64,000 nt of DNA. It comes from Planctomycetota bacterium. Its GTDB lineage: Bacteria > Planctomycetota > B15-G4 > JADJEK01. Below, piece by piece: positions 9,889 through 19,303 of the stretch. Every line of letters begins with the position of its first letter. The stretch's first letter is position 1. The stretch lies in contig JBGAIQ010000005.1 in assembly GCA_044225365.1 (NCBI GenBank), positions 128,001-192,000 of the forward strand. Direction: 5' to 3'. A model generated the notes under the pieces. The model saw only the letters and a list, made by a program, of their open reading frames with translations, had not been told where the DNA came from and did no database searches. The position numbers and the translations under genes were made by a program.

Positions 9889-9966
9889 GGTGGGTATAGC
9901 TCAGTTGGTTAGAGCACGAGGTTGTGATCCTCGGGGTCGCGGGTTCGAGTCCCGTTACTCACCCCA
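9889..9966 (+). tRNA. tRNA-His(GTG)
   Basis: G-1 plus GTGGGTA/TACTCAC acceptor stem, C discriminator, anticodon arm CGAGG-TTGTGAT-CCTCG, GGTTCGAGTCC T-arm, encoded CCA. Confidence 0.97.
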
Positions 9967-9970
9967 GAAC

Positions 9971-10021
9971 GAAACGACGCTCGGCAATCGCAATGCGGTT
10001 CGCCGAGCGTCGTGCTTTCTT
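9971..10021 (+). terminator. Intrinsic terminator after tRNA-His
   Basis: ACGACGCTCGGC...GCCGAGCGTCGT stem followed by GCTTTCTT. Confidence 0.7.
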
Positions 10022-10073
10022 GGCCGCACCTCGTGATCGTCGTCCCGCGCGGGAGAAGACGCGCGACTTTCTG

Positions 10074-10102
10074 TTGACGCCTCCGCGGCCGCACCATAGG
10101 TT
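10074..10102 (+). promoter_or_regulatory. Putative sigma70 promoter for tRNA-Arg
   Basis: TTGACG-17 bp-TAGGTT about 20 nt upstream of the tRNA. Confidence 0.6.
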
Positions 10103-10122
10103 GACGCGCTCGATCGACAGGG

Positions 10123-10199
10123 GCGTCCGTAGCTCAACTGGATAGAGTATCGGGCTTCGAACCCGAGGGTTGCAGGTTCGACTCCTGCCGGACGTACCA
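10123..10199 (+). tRNA. tRNA-Arg(TCG)
   Basis: GCGTCCG/CGGACGT acceptor stem, anticodon arm TCGGG-CTTCGAA-CCCGA, GGTTCGACTCC, CCA end. Confidence 0.96.
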
Positions 10200-10274
10200 C
10201 TTCTTTCCTTCGATCCCGCGGTCGGGTCGATCCCGCATCACCCACCACGATCTTCGTTCCGCGACGGGTGTTCC

Positions 10275-10302
10275 TTGACACCGTTGGCGCGGCCCCTAAA
10301 AC
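10275..10302 (+). promoter_or_regulatory. Putative sigma70 promoter for tRNA-Lys
   Basis: TTGACA-16 bp-TAAAAC followed by a GC-rich discriminator. Confidence 0.5.
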
Positions 10303-10334
10303 GGCGCCCTCTTTCGCGCAGTCTTTGCCGAGAT

Positions 10335-10410
<76 letters not shown>

Positions 10411-10473
10411 TTCTTTCCTTCTCGGCGCGGACTTACGACGACGCCCAAGCGCCACCCAGCGCCTACCAGGCGT

Positions 10474-11271
10474 CTACGGTAGAGCCCGCCCCGCCAGCGT
10501 GAGCCACTTCCCGCGTCGCGACTCCACCTCGATCGCGAATCGCTGCGCCGCGAGCAATCCCCTCACCCGATCGCGCTCCGTGAATCGGATTCCGCTCACG
10601 ATGAACCACGCCTCCGGCCGGATCCGCCGACGCAGCATCGGCAGATAGCCGTCGATGAGATCGAGGTAGAGGTTCGCGAGCAAGCCGTCGAAGCCGGTCG
10701 CATCGTCCGGCAGATCGTCGAATCCACACCGCAAGAAGACGCAACGATCCGCGACGCCATTCTCCGCGGCGAGGTCGAACCCGAGCACCTCGGATGCGCC
10801 GAGGAGCGCGGCGGCCACCGCGAGGATCCCGCTTCCCGAACCCGCATCGAGGACTCGCTCCCCCTGCCGAACGTAGCGCTGCTCCAGCGCGAGACAGCCG
10901 CGCGTGGAACCGTGGCGACCCGTCCCGAACGCCCCGCCCGGATCGAGCCGCAGAGGGATGTCGGAGCGACGCAGCTTCGGCGAGGAACGCCGCGGCACGA
11001 TGGCGATCCTGCCCACCCGAAACGCACGCCACGCCTTCTCGAACTCCTGCTCGGGCATCGCGGCGAACTCGACCCCCAGTGCGCCGAGCGCAACCAACCG
11101 CGCGCGAAGCTCATCGCGCGTCGCCGCCGAATCGTTCGCCGAACTCAGGTAGGTGACGACGCGCCCGTCCTCGACCGTGATCCCCGTGAACGGCGGCTGG
11201 CAGAACGCCTCCGCCGCGAGTTCCTCGAGCCCCGGCGTGACGTGAATGGAGACTTGAGTCCATGCGATCAT
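10474..11271 (-). CDS. prmA: Ribosomal protein L11 methyltransferase-like protein
   Basis: LDPGGAFGTGRHGSTRGCL, VLDAGSGSGILA, LLANL, IVSGI. The segment after motif I appears shortened. Confidence 0.8.
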   Translation of the reverse strand: MIAWTQVSIHVTPGLEELAAEAFCQPPFTGITVEDGRVVTYLSSANDSAATRDELRARLVALGALGVEFAAMPEQEFEKAWRAFRVGRIAIVPRRSSPKLRRSDIPLRLDPGGAFGTGRHGSTRGCLALEQRYVRQGERVLDAGSGSGILAVAAALLGASEVLGFDLAAENGVADRCVFLRCGFDDLPDDATGFDGLLANLYLDLIDGYLPMLRRRIRPEAWFIVSGIRFTERDRVRGLLAAQRFAIEVESRRGKWLTLAGRALP

Positions 11272-11331
11272 GGCCGCGATCGTACTCGCCGCGGACGCGA
11301 AACCCCTACGCGTCCGCACCCCGCACGAACT

Positions 11332-11973
11332 TCAGAACTCGCTCGACGAGTTCAGGAACTTGGCGATTCGCCCCGCCTTAAGGACCCCGACTGCATGGGT
11401 CAGCTTCACCAGCGCCCGAGAAACACGGACCTGTGCCTCGCCCGTCCCCACTCCCAGCGCAGTCGCGATCTCCGAGATCGGTACGTGCTCGAATCGCGCC
11501 GCGACGATCAGATCGCGATCCTCGGGATCCACGACCTCGAGCGCCATCCTCACCCACACCCCGTCGGGATGCGTACCGACTTCCGCGCGAGTTCGACTCA
11601 GATGGAGCGACTCGCCCGCCGGCAGCGGATGCTTCTTCGCGAGATTGCGCCGCCGCAAACGAAAATCCGAACCTCGATGAGACAGGCTGTTCGCGATCAT
11701 CCGAGCGAGTAACTGCCGCGCTCCGCGAGGGTCGTCGAGGACGAATCGCGGCGAGTTACGGAGGATCTCGGTCAGTGTCGAGGTCACCGCGTCGGTCTCG
11801 AGAGTCCGGTTCCCAACCTCTCCGGCGGCCATGACCTCGAATTGGCGCAAGAGGTCCGGGGCGATCCGACCCGCGAGTGTTCGAGTCGCATCGGGATCAC
11901 CACTACGCGACCGCTGCAACAAGGCTCCCGTGCTGGACGGAGTCGCATCACTGCTGGCGCGAATCACGCTCAT
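11332..11973 (-). CDS. Divergent ECF-family sigma factor (planctomycete type)
   Basis: STGALLQRSRSGDPDA N-terminus; sigma4-like DPEDRDLIVAARFEHVPISEIATALGVGTGEAQVRVSRALVKL. Similar in layout to the ECF at 22808. Confidence 0.7.
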   Translation of the reverse strand: MSVIRASSDATPSSTGALLQRSRSGDPDATRTLAGRIAPDLLRQFEVMAAGEVGNRTLETDAVTSTLTEILRNSPRFVLDDPRGARQLLARMIANSLSHRGSDFRLRRRNLAKKHPLPAGESLHLSRTRAEVGTHPDGVWVRMALEVVDPEDRDLIVAARFEHVPISEIATALGVGTGEAQVRVSRALVKLTHAVGVLKAGRIAKFLNSSSEF

Positions 11974-12025
11974 AGACACTTCACATCTTTCGGCGATCAA
12001 CGATCGAGAGGCAGTTGATTCGCAA

Positions 12026-12062
12026 TCGAAGGCCCTCGCCGATTCCGCTCGAGGGCCTTCGA
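12026..12062 (-). terminator. Hairpin downstream of the collagen/S74 gene
   Basis: TCGAAGGCCCTCG-11 nt-CGAGGGCCTTCGA perfect 13-bp stem. Confidence 0.6.
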
Positions 12063-12081
12063 ATTCAACGCCACGCACGTT

Positions 12082-13509
12082 CTACCGCCGCGCAGCTCCT
12101 TCGAGCGCCGTCTTGATCGATGCGACATCCTTCTTCAGCTCGCTCAACTGCCGCTCGAGGTCGTCATTTCGCTTCTTCAACTCCTCGTTCGCTTTCGCGA
12201 GTTCCTGGATCGCGGCGGCGGAGTAGATGAGCAACGGATGCGTGTCGACCTGGAGGATCTCGTCTCCATTTGCGAGATGCTCGCCGCTGCCCTTGACGTA
12301 CTCCGGGAAGACCTCGCGGAATTCCTGGGCAATCACGTTGAGGTAGGTCCGATCTTCGACCCCCACATGAGCTCCTCGATACTCATCCGTATACTTGAAG
12401 GAGACGAGTCGGACTTTTGAAAGCTTGTTGACGGCATCCGTAACCGTCTCGATCTTCGTCTTGATCCTAGCATCCGAATTCGCGAGCCAACTACCGGATG
12501 CCGACTTCGAAGCATTGCCTTCGACTTCCAACTCGTTGGAGGTCGGCGATCGCTTCACTCCAACGCGCCCACCGGGCAAGAAATACGTAGAGGTGTTCGC
12601 TTGAGCAGGATTGCGCACGAATTCGATTTGGCCCGCAAGAGTCTCCATGATGCGCACGGTATAGTCCGTGTTGGTGTTGTTGTAATGGAAGTCGATATAG
12701 GGAGTGAAGTCCCGCAATTCGATATTACCCGGCGCGTAGAAGCCCTGTCGATTACTCGTCGAATTCACGATCACAGCGCCTCCGGTCGACAACACGGCGT
12801 CATTGCCAACCAAGGAAAGGGGCGAGGCACCAGCAGGACCTTGAGGACCGGTGGCGCCCTGCGGCCCCTGCGGACCTGTCGCACCCTGGGGCCCCGTAGG
12901 ACCTTGAGGACCCTGCGGACCTGTCGCACCCTGGGGTCCCGTAGGACCCTGAGGACCCTGAAGGCCCGTGGGACTGCCGACCCAGTTCCCAGCCGCATCG
13001 ATCACCGTGTTGCCATTGATCTTGACGCTCGAGACATTGAGCAATTTGGCGTTGTCGATGACGACCTGTCCGTTGATGCTCACCGAGCTCGGGTGAATGA
13101 TCTTGTTCGGCACATCTTCTGCGATTCCCGACTTGATCGCGTACGGAACACTCGTCAAGGGGAAGCGAGGCAACATCTCGGGATCGCTCCCGTACTTCAC
13201 ACCGAGGTAGAGCGTGGGACTGGCGTCGAAGATCGAGGAGTCGATCGGATTGAAGGGATCATCGCCGATCTGTGTTGCGACAATACCCCCGGCAACACCC
13301 ACCACGTGCACCTCGGTGTGGAGCGGCGAGCCACCGCTTGCGGTCGTGTAGATACCAAAGGTCGTCGTGAGCGCCGCGTTGTTGACAGGGTTCCCGACGC
13401 TGTCCTCCAGCTTCGATTGATATTGGAACTTCATCGGAACCCCTTGTCCGAACGCTGACGAACCCCACAAGAGCAACCCGATTCCGATGACAAATGCGGA
13501 AGACTTCAT
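12082..13509 (-). CDS. Secreted collagen-like fibre protein with C-terminal intramolecular chaperone (peptidase S74) domain
   Basis: Signal peptide; N-terminal [13 protein letters not shown]...[11 protein letters not shown] domain; about 16 Gly-X-Y triplets; SDARIK autocleavage motif, VIAQEF..VFPEYV, terminal coiled coil. Confidence 0.88.
   Translation of the reverse strand: MKSSAFVIGIGLLLWGSSAFGQGVPMKFQYQSKLEDSVGNPVNNAALTTTFGIYTTASGGSPLHTEVHVVGVAGGIVATQIGDDPFNPIDSSIFDASPTLYLGVKYGSDPEMLPRFPLTSVPYAIKSGIAEDVPNKIIHPSSVSINGQVVIDNAKLLNVSSVKINGNTVIDAAGNWVGSPTGLQGPQGPTGPQGATGPQGPQGPTGPQGATGPQGPQGATGPQGPAGASPLSLVGNDAVLSTGGAVIVNSTSNRQGFYAPGNIELRDFTPYIDFHYNNTNTDYTVRIMETLAGQIEFVRNPAQANTSTYFLPGGRVGVKRSPTSNELEVEGNASKSASGSWLANSDARIKTKIETVTDAVNKLSKVRLVSFKYTDEYRGAHVGVEDRTYLNVIAQEFREVFPEYVKGSGEHLANGDEILQVDTHPLLIYSAAAIQELAKANEELKKRNDDLERQLSELKKDVASIKTALEGAARR
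12866..12955. repeat. Two near-identical 45-bp direct repeats inside the collagen tract
   Basis: ccctgcggacctgtcgcaccctgggg(c/t)cccgtaggacc(t/c)tgagga at 12866 and 12911. Confidence 0.85.
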
Positions 13510-13554
13510 TTGCTTTTCTCCATCTTTTCTTGAGTATGAAGTTCTGAGATGAGG

Positions 13555-14499
13555 TTACGGAGTGATCGTGAAAGTCGCAGCGTTCGTATACGCACTTCCG
13601 ACCACACTTGGCGCAATGCCATTGACGTTGACATCGATCGCTTGAAACGTGATCGACACTCCAACGACTCCGATCAGATCGGCGGGCAACGGGAGCGCCA
13701 AATTCAGTTCCCCAGAAACCACGGGAACAGGGAAGAATGGAAACTGATACAACGCGAGTCCGTTGATCTTCAGTGCGCCTTGTACCGGCGGAGTCGGAAT
13801 CGGAGGCCCGGGGAGTCCGAACAAGATCATGATGTAATGTCCGGGCTGCACCAGGAAGTCGAAGATCAGCGTCGTCCCGAGCGCCGCCGGGCTCTGCTGA
13901 ATCGCTGCAGGCCGATACGTGTAGCCATTGCTGACGATCCCTGAACCCAACGCGTTGCTGACCTGGACGGAGGTTGGGCCGAGCGACGTGCCCGTATTGT
14001 CCAAGCCCACCGGAGTGACCGCGAAGATCTGCGAATTCGAGAAGGTCGAGGCAACCGGAGCCGTGATTCCGCCGAATTTGACGGTGTTCGCTCCGTAGCC
14101 CGTCTTTTGGAAGTTGAATCCGAGGATCTCGACGATCGTGCCTCCGCTGGTGGGTCCGATCGATTGGCCGGTCTTGACGCCGAAGACGATGGGCCCGTCC
14201 GTCTCGATCGCTGACTTCAGATACGTGACCCCTCCCCGTGTCTGCTGGTTCACGTTGCTTGCGATGAACCCGCCGGAGAATTGACCACTTGCGTTTTCCG
14301 ATCGGAGAATGGAGCCCGTGAGCACCGACCCGGACGTCGTTCTCGTTTGAACGAAGGTCGGAATCGTCTGGGCAGAGGTGAAGAAGCTCACCGATCCGGA
14401 GGATCCCACCGACCCTTGTGCGCTCGCGTCTCGAGGTGAGAAGAACATCGAGCCAAGCGCGATGCCCAGCGCTAAGCGTCGAATGACATACGAACTCAT
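13555..14499 (-). CDS. Secreted IPT/TIG-domain protein with terminal sorting-like module
   Basis: Signal peptide; GPTSGGTIVEILGFNF...VKFGG...SNSQIFAVTP...VQVSN...GYTY (IPT); C-terminal ...LALPLPADLIGVVGVSITFQAID...YTNAATFTITP. GGAGG RBS. Confidence 0.82.
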   Translation of the reverse strand: MSSYVIRRLALGIALGSMFFSPRDASAQGSVGSSGSVSFFTSAQTIPTFVQTRTTSGSVLTGSILRSENASGQFSGGFIASNVNQQTRGGVTYLKSAIETDGPIVFGVKTGQSIGPTSGGTIVEILGFNFQKTGYGANTVKFGGITAPVASTFSNSQIFAVTPVGLDNTGTSLGPTSVQVSNALGSGIVSNGYTYRPAAIQQSPAALGTTLIFDFLVQPGHYIMILFGLPGPPIPTPPVQGALKINGLALYQFPFFPVPVVSGELNLALPLPADLIGVVGVSITFQAIDVNVNGIAPSVVGSAYTNAATFTITP

Positions 14500-14503
14500 T
14501 GTT

Positions 14504-17314
14504 TCATCCTCCGGATTGAGAAGCAGGCGAGGCTGTTAGACGAAGAATCGGACGCAGCCCGATCGAGGCGGATGCCGACCCGACGGTGAGCTGATTGCGC
14601 GACGTAACACGGCAACGAACGGCACGATCCGCAAAACTCCCCCCGCGGAATTGGGCCGCGAGTTCCTTTTGGCCAATCGCGGGCTCCACCGGAGAATCGC
14701 TTACACACCATTCAGCGACGTTTCCAAGAACATCGAAGAGCCCAAATCCATTCGGAAGGAAACTCCCGACGGGCGCCGCGTATTCGAATGCATCGTCGAG
14801 GTCCGAATCGACACCTAGGAAGCGGATTTTCGCGTCGTTCTCAGCTTGCTTGTCCGCAATGTTCGCGAACAGCGGCACTTCTTCGCGATCGTCGGCAACG
14901 ATCCAGCGCGTCTTAGAATTCCCTCGGGCCGCGTACTCCCACTCCGCGGGAGTTGGCAGACTCCTACCGAACCTGGAGAGCAACAGCGTCGCGCTGTTCA
15001 TGGAGACTCCGGCGGCGGGAAACCCTCGCGCCGGAGTCGATGCCGAGTTGTCGAGCATGGCGGCTGCGGCGCCAGCGTCTTGGACACTGATCGTGCACGC
15101 GGGGATCGGGTCGCAGATCACGGATCGACAACGCTCCCATTCGGCAGCGGTCATCTCGTACTTGGCGATGAAGAATGCGGGCATCTTCAAGAATGTTACG
15201 GGCCCTTCGTCCGGCTCGGCGTCGGGGTCGTAGTTGCTTCCGTTCACGTTCCCTGATTGAGCCCCACTCATGTACTCGCCCGCCGGGATGAGTACGAGAG
15301 TGAGGTCCGCCGTCAAGAGATCCTGGAATTCCCAAAGGCCGCTCGACCTGTCACGACCCAGCGGAACCAAGTCCGGTCGAGGTTCGAGACGAAGCCCCTT
15401 GTATTGCGGACATTCATTGGTGTCCGCGATGCTTCGAACGGCGTCTTGCCAGCGATCCCTGATCTGAATCGAAATACTGGCGAGCTTCTGCGCGCTCTCC
15501 AATCGCGACCGAACGCTCGCCATCGGGCTCTTCGTGATCGATGGGTCGAGGAATTGATCGATTCCCGCAACCAACTTCGCGAGCGTTTCCTGTCGCAGTC
15601 GGATCACGGGTTGTGCGTCGCCCGCGCTCTTGAACTCGAAACCCAGCTCCTCGAGCCTCTTCACGGCGTCCGCGCGCTTCTCCACGACTTTCTCGGCGCG
15701 CCTCAGCCACGCTTCATACGCTTGGATCCGTTGCGGATCGCACGGCCAGAGTTTCGTTGCCTCCTCTCGGAGAGCGTCGATCTCGAACGCGGCGCCGATG
15801 TTCGCAGCGTCGAGTTCCGCGATCTCACGTTTTGCGTTCGCGTCCGCAACGCGCTCCCTCGAACGTGCGCCATACGCGAGGAAGCCGCTCAGACCCAAGA
15901 CGAAGACGACGATCGAAGCGGCCATCGTCGTCGCGAACGCTCGATTCCGTTCCGCCCACTTCTTCAACTCGATGACGGGTCCCACGGGTACGACCGATAC
16001 TCTGCGATGCTCGAGATAGGCGCGTAGGTCTTCGGCGAACGCCTTCATCGTCGGATAACGGTGCTTGATGTCCCGGGCCATCGCCTTGTTGCAGATCGCG
16101 ACCAACTCGACGGGCACATCGCTTCGGATGGACTCGATCGCTGCCGGGGGGCCATGACAAACCATCGACAGTATGGTCTGGGCGCTCATTCGGGAGCCGG
16201 GCGTCACATAGGGAATCTGGCCGCTCAACAATTGATAGAGAATCGCTCCTACCGCGTAGACGTCAGACCACGGCCCCATCTCTTCGATGCGACCCTGCGC
16301 CTGTTCAGGGGACATGTAGGAGGGTGTTCCGACGACCTGTCCGTCGATCGTCAACTCCGCGGTTCCGCCGCTCTCGGTATCCCTCGCATCCGTACTGATG
16401 ATCGTTCGCTGCGTCGTCGTCGTTGGATTCTGACGTACGCGTATGTCCTTGGTCTCCGGTCGCGAGAGAACGCGAGCGAGACCCCAGTCCATTACGTACA
16501 CCTCACCGTGCTCGACCTTGCCCACCATGATGTTCGAAGGCTTCAGGTCGCGATGGATGACGTCTCGCGAGTGCGCGAACGTCATCGCCTCGCACACTCG
16601 AAGGAGCACGACCGACAACACTCGTTCTCGTGTCCACTCGCTCTTCTCGAGCACGATGTCGGAGAAGATGCTCGAGAGGTTGCGTCCCTTCACCAATTTC
16701 ATCGTGAAGTAAACGCGACCCGCCGCATCGATACCGAGTTCATGAACTGGGACGATGCCAGGATGATCGAGTTGTGCCGTGATCTGCGCTTCTTCGAGGA
16801 AGCGCTCGAGCTTCCTTGGATCGACCGAGGCGATGCTTGCGTCCGGTTCCCCGACTCCTGAGCCGAGGATCACTTTCATCGCGAGACTGCGCCTCAAGTC
16901 CCGGTCGAACACGCGGAGGATCTTTCCCATCGCTCCGTGATCGACTTCCTCCTTCACGACGTAGCGGGCGAAGGTGGACTCGCGCTCTTGTATCGATCTG
17001 ACGAGGGACGGCGCCGGCCTCGAAGCACTGTCGGATTCCAAAGAGATGCCGGGGTCCACCTGCGACCCGAACTTGTCCCGTATGCGCTGGTGGAACGTTC
17101 GCGACGCCGCGAGGCCGTCCAAGCACGCTCCGACTCTCTCGAATCCGGAGTGAAACTCGCGAAGCTCGGAAGCGAGATCCGGATGCGCGGCGAGCACGGA
17201 GGCAAAGTCCCGCTCCTTGTCCTCTCCCGCGCTCTGAACGAATTCGAGATAGATCTCGAGCACCCGCTGGGTGCGCGGTTCCTGTCCCGACTCACCCTCG
17301 TGGTTCGCGACCAT
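14504..17314 (-). CDS. Membrane Ser/Thr protein kinase fused to an FGE-sulfatase (SUMF1/EgtB/PvdO-like) domain
   Basis: HGAMGKI, LAMK, HRDLKPSN, DWGLA, GTPSYMSPEQ, DVYAVG; TM helix; LPTPAEWEYAARG, PNGFGLFDVLGNVAEWC, RGGSF, GLRP. Confidence 0.92.
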   Translation of the reverse strand: MVANHEGESGQEPRTQRVLEIYLEFVQSAGEDKERDFASVLAAHPDLASELREFHSGFERVGACLDGLAASRTFHQRIRDKFGSQVDPGISLESDSASRPAPSLVRSIQERESTFARYVVKEEVDHGAMGKILRVFDRDLRRSLAMKVILGSGVGEPDASIASVDPRKLERFLEEAQITAQLDHPGIVPVHELGIDAAGRVYFTMKLVKGRNLSSIFSDIVLEKSEWTRERVLSVVLLRVCEAMTFAHSRDVIHRDLKPSNIMVGKVEHGEVYVMDWGLARVLSRPETKDIRVRQNPTTTTQRTIISTDARDTESGGTAELTIDGQVVGTPSYMSPEQAQGRIEEMGPWSDVYAVGAILYQLLSGQIPYVTPGSRMSAQTILSMVCHGPPAAIESIRSDVPVELVAICNKAMARDIKHRYPTMKAFAEDLRAYLEHRRVSVVPVGPVIELKKWAERNRAFATTMAASIVVFVLGLSGFLAYGARSRERVADANAKREIAELDAANIGAAFEIDALREEATKLWPCDPQRIQAYEAWLRRAEKVVEKRADAVKRLEELGFEFKSAGDAQPVIRLRQETLAKLVAGIDQFLDPSITKSPMASVRSRLESAQKLASISIQIRDRWQDAVRSIADTNECPQYKGLRLEPRPDLVPLGRDRSSGLWEFQDLLTADLTLVLIPAGEYMSGAQSGNVNGSNYDPDAEPDEGPVTFLKMPAFFIAKYEMTAAEWERCRSVICDPIPACTISVQDAGAAAAMLDNSASTPARGFPAAGVSMNSATLLLSRFGRSLPTPAEWEYAARGNSKTRWIVADDREEVPLFANIADKQAENDAKIRFLGVDSDLDDAFEYAAPVGSFLPNGFGLFDVLGNVAEWCVSDSPVEPAIGQKELAAQFRGGSFADRAVRCRVTSRNQLTVGSASASIGLRPILRLTASPASQSGG

Positions 17315-17509
17315 TGAACTGTGATCCTGAACAGCCGAGACCCACACTCACGAATCCCGGAACGGTTGAGTGGATTGTTGAATTGGCCTCGAGATCCGTC
17401 GCGGAGCATAATCCCACGTGCGATCTACGACAAGACGCTCCTCATTTCCCCGTCACCGGCATCGAACCACTGCTCGTTGCAATCCCGGAGTGTGCACCGC
17501 GACTCAACA

Positions 17510-19294
17510 TCATTCGCCAGTCGTCCCCACCGCCGCGCGCAGCTCGATCCGGAACGCGGTGCCCGAAGTCCCCGGGGTCACGACGTGGCGCAGCTCGCCG
17601 CCCATCGAGCGGGCGAGGCGGCGGCAGAGGGCGAGGCCGAGGCCGACGCCGGGCTTGCCCGAGGTCTCGGCCTGATCCGGGCGGCGGAACGGCTGGAACA
17701 GGCGCTTTGCGGCGGTCGGGTCGATCCCGGGACCGTGGTCGCGGATCGTGATCTGCGCGCCATGGGAGTCGCCTTGGGCGAGAACCTCGATCGTCTTGTC
17801 GTCGCCCTCGCTCGCGTACTTGCAGGCGTTGTCGACGAGGTTGAAGACGATCTGTTCGACGGCGCCGACGTCGGCGAGCACTCTCGCATCCGGCGCGGCG
17901 ACATCGATCACGAGCGTCATCCCGGCGCGGTCGGCGCGTTCCTTCGCGCGTTCGAACGATCGATGCACGAGTTCGGAGAGTGCGATCGGCTCGCAGCGGG
18001 GCAAGGCCCTTCGCGCTTCCACTCGGGAGTAGGCGAGGACGTTTTCGACCAGCGCGGCGAGTCGATCCGCTTCGCGGCGCAACGTTTCGAAGTAGGCCTG
18101 CTGGCGCCCGGGCTTCACCTTGCCGTCGACGAGCATCTCGGCGTACATGCGAAGCGTGGTGAGCGGAGTGCGGAGTTCATGCGTCACCGCGGACACGAAG
18201 GCCGCACGGCGATCGGACGCGCTGAGCAATACGCGCAGCACGACGCCGACCGCGAGCGCCGCGACGAGCGCCGAAGCCAGCGCGAGATAGAGCGAGATCC
18301 GCGCGGTGGAACCCGAACTGCTCTCGTACGGGTCGGGGATCGGGCCGGGAACGAGTTCGAAGGGCAAGCCGATGAGAGCCTTGCTGCGATCCTCCGACCC
18401 CTTGGCATCGAGCGATCGCGCGCGCAGTTTCGCACGCGGCAACTCCGAGCGGATGCCGGCGAGCAATCGCGTCTCGATCTCCTGTCGATCGAGCCAGCAA
18501 CCCTGGACGAATGGCTCGCCGTTGATGTTGACGTGACGGGCGAGGAGCAGCATGTCTCCGCACCACACTCCGCGCAGCATCCCGGACACGACGACGGGAG
18601 AACCCGGAGCGGCGCGCCGAAGTTGATTCGAAGTGGATTGCGGCGGACCGTTGTTCGTCGCGACCTGTCGCTGCCGCGCCTCCGCGATGCTCCGCGCGTC
18701 TTCGATGCTCTTCTTCAGCGAGGGCAATTCGCCCACGAGGTTCGCCGAGGAACCCGCGGCCGCTTCGACCTGTTCGATGCCGATGAGGATGCGCTTCAGA
18801 GGATGATTGCGCAGCCCTTCCTCGAACTGCTTCTGGAGTTGCTGCGCCCTCGCGACCGCTTCTTGCGTCGTGTCGCCGCGTTCGAGCGCCATGTCGAGGA
18901 GCCCGCCCTCGGGGATCTGGGGAGAGGAGAGTTTCTCATCGGGGCCGATCTGGAAGTGGAACTTCACGAATCCGAGATCCGCGCCGAGGACTCGCGACGG
19001 AGCGAGGAAGTCCTTCTGTTGCGGTCTCAGATCCGCGACCGAGGCCTGTGCATCGCCCATGTGGTAGGCCGCGTAATCATGCGGCGGCATCTCCGCCTCA
19101 TGGATCTTCCAGGCCTGGATCGCGAGCTCCATGCCGTACATCGCGCGTTGGACGATTTCGGTCTCGCGCTCCTCGGCGACGGATTGCCACTGGCTGCGTT
19201 CGAGGTCGACGACGCGAAACGCGAACCAACCGAGGGATCCGAGCACGACGGCGAGGCAGAGGAAGTAGGCCGTCCAGATGGTCAGGGGCCGCAT
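17510..19294 (-). CDS. Sensor histidine kinase
   Basis: Two TM helices; H-box FVSAVTHELRTPL, N-box NLVDNACKY, DHGPGI, LFQPF, GVGLGL. Confidence 0.93.
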   Translation of the reverse strand: MRPLTIWTAYFLCLAVVLGSLGWFAFRVVDLERSQWQSVAEERETEIVQRAMYGMELAIQAWKIHEAEMPPHDYAAYHMGDAQASVADLRPQQKDFLAPSRVLGADLGFVKFHFQIGPDEKLSSPQIPEGGLLDMALERGDTTQEAVARAQQLQKQFEEGLRNHPLKRILIGIEQVEAAAGSSANLVGELPSLKKSIEDARSIAEARQRQVATNNGPPQSTSNQLRRAAPGSPVVVSGMLRGVWCGDMLLLARHVNINGEPFVQGCWLDRQEIETRLLAGIRSELPRAKLRARSLDAKGSEDRSKALIGLPFELVPGPIPDPYESSSGSTARISLYLALASALVAALAVGVVLRVLLSASDRRAAFVSAVTHELRTPLTTLRMYAEMLVDGKVKPGRQQAYFETLRREADRLAALVENVLAYSRVEARRALPRCEPIALSELVHRSFERAKERADRAGMTLVIDVAAPDARVLADVGAVEQIVFNLVDNACKYASEGDDKTIEVLAQGDSHGAQITIRDHGPGIDPTAAKRLFQPFRRPDQAETSGKPGVGLGLALCRRLARSMGGELRHVVTPGTSGTAFRIELRAAVGTTGE

Positions 19295-19303
19295 GCGGAA
19301 TCC

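Noticed and set aside
12082-13509. Prophage, suggested by the tail-fibre-type S74 chaperone and collagen
   Set aside because: The protein has a Sec signal peptide, and there are no capsid, terminase, tail or integrase genes nearby.
14504-15400. FGE (C-type lectin fold) domain as a diversity-generating retroelement target
   Set aside because: No template repeat or RT seen in this window; a remote DGR cannot be excluded.
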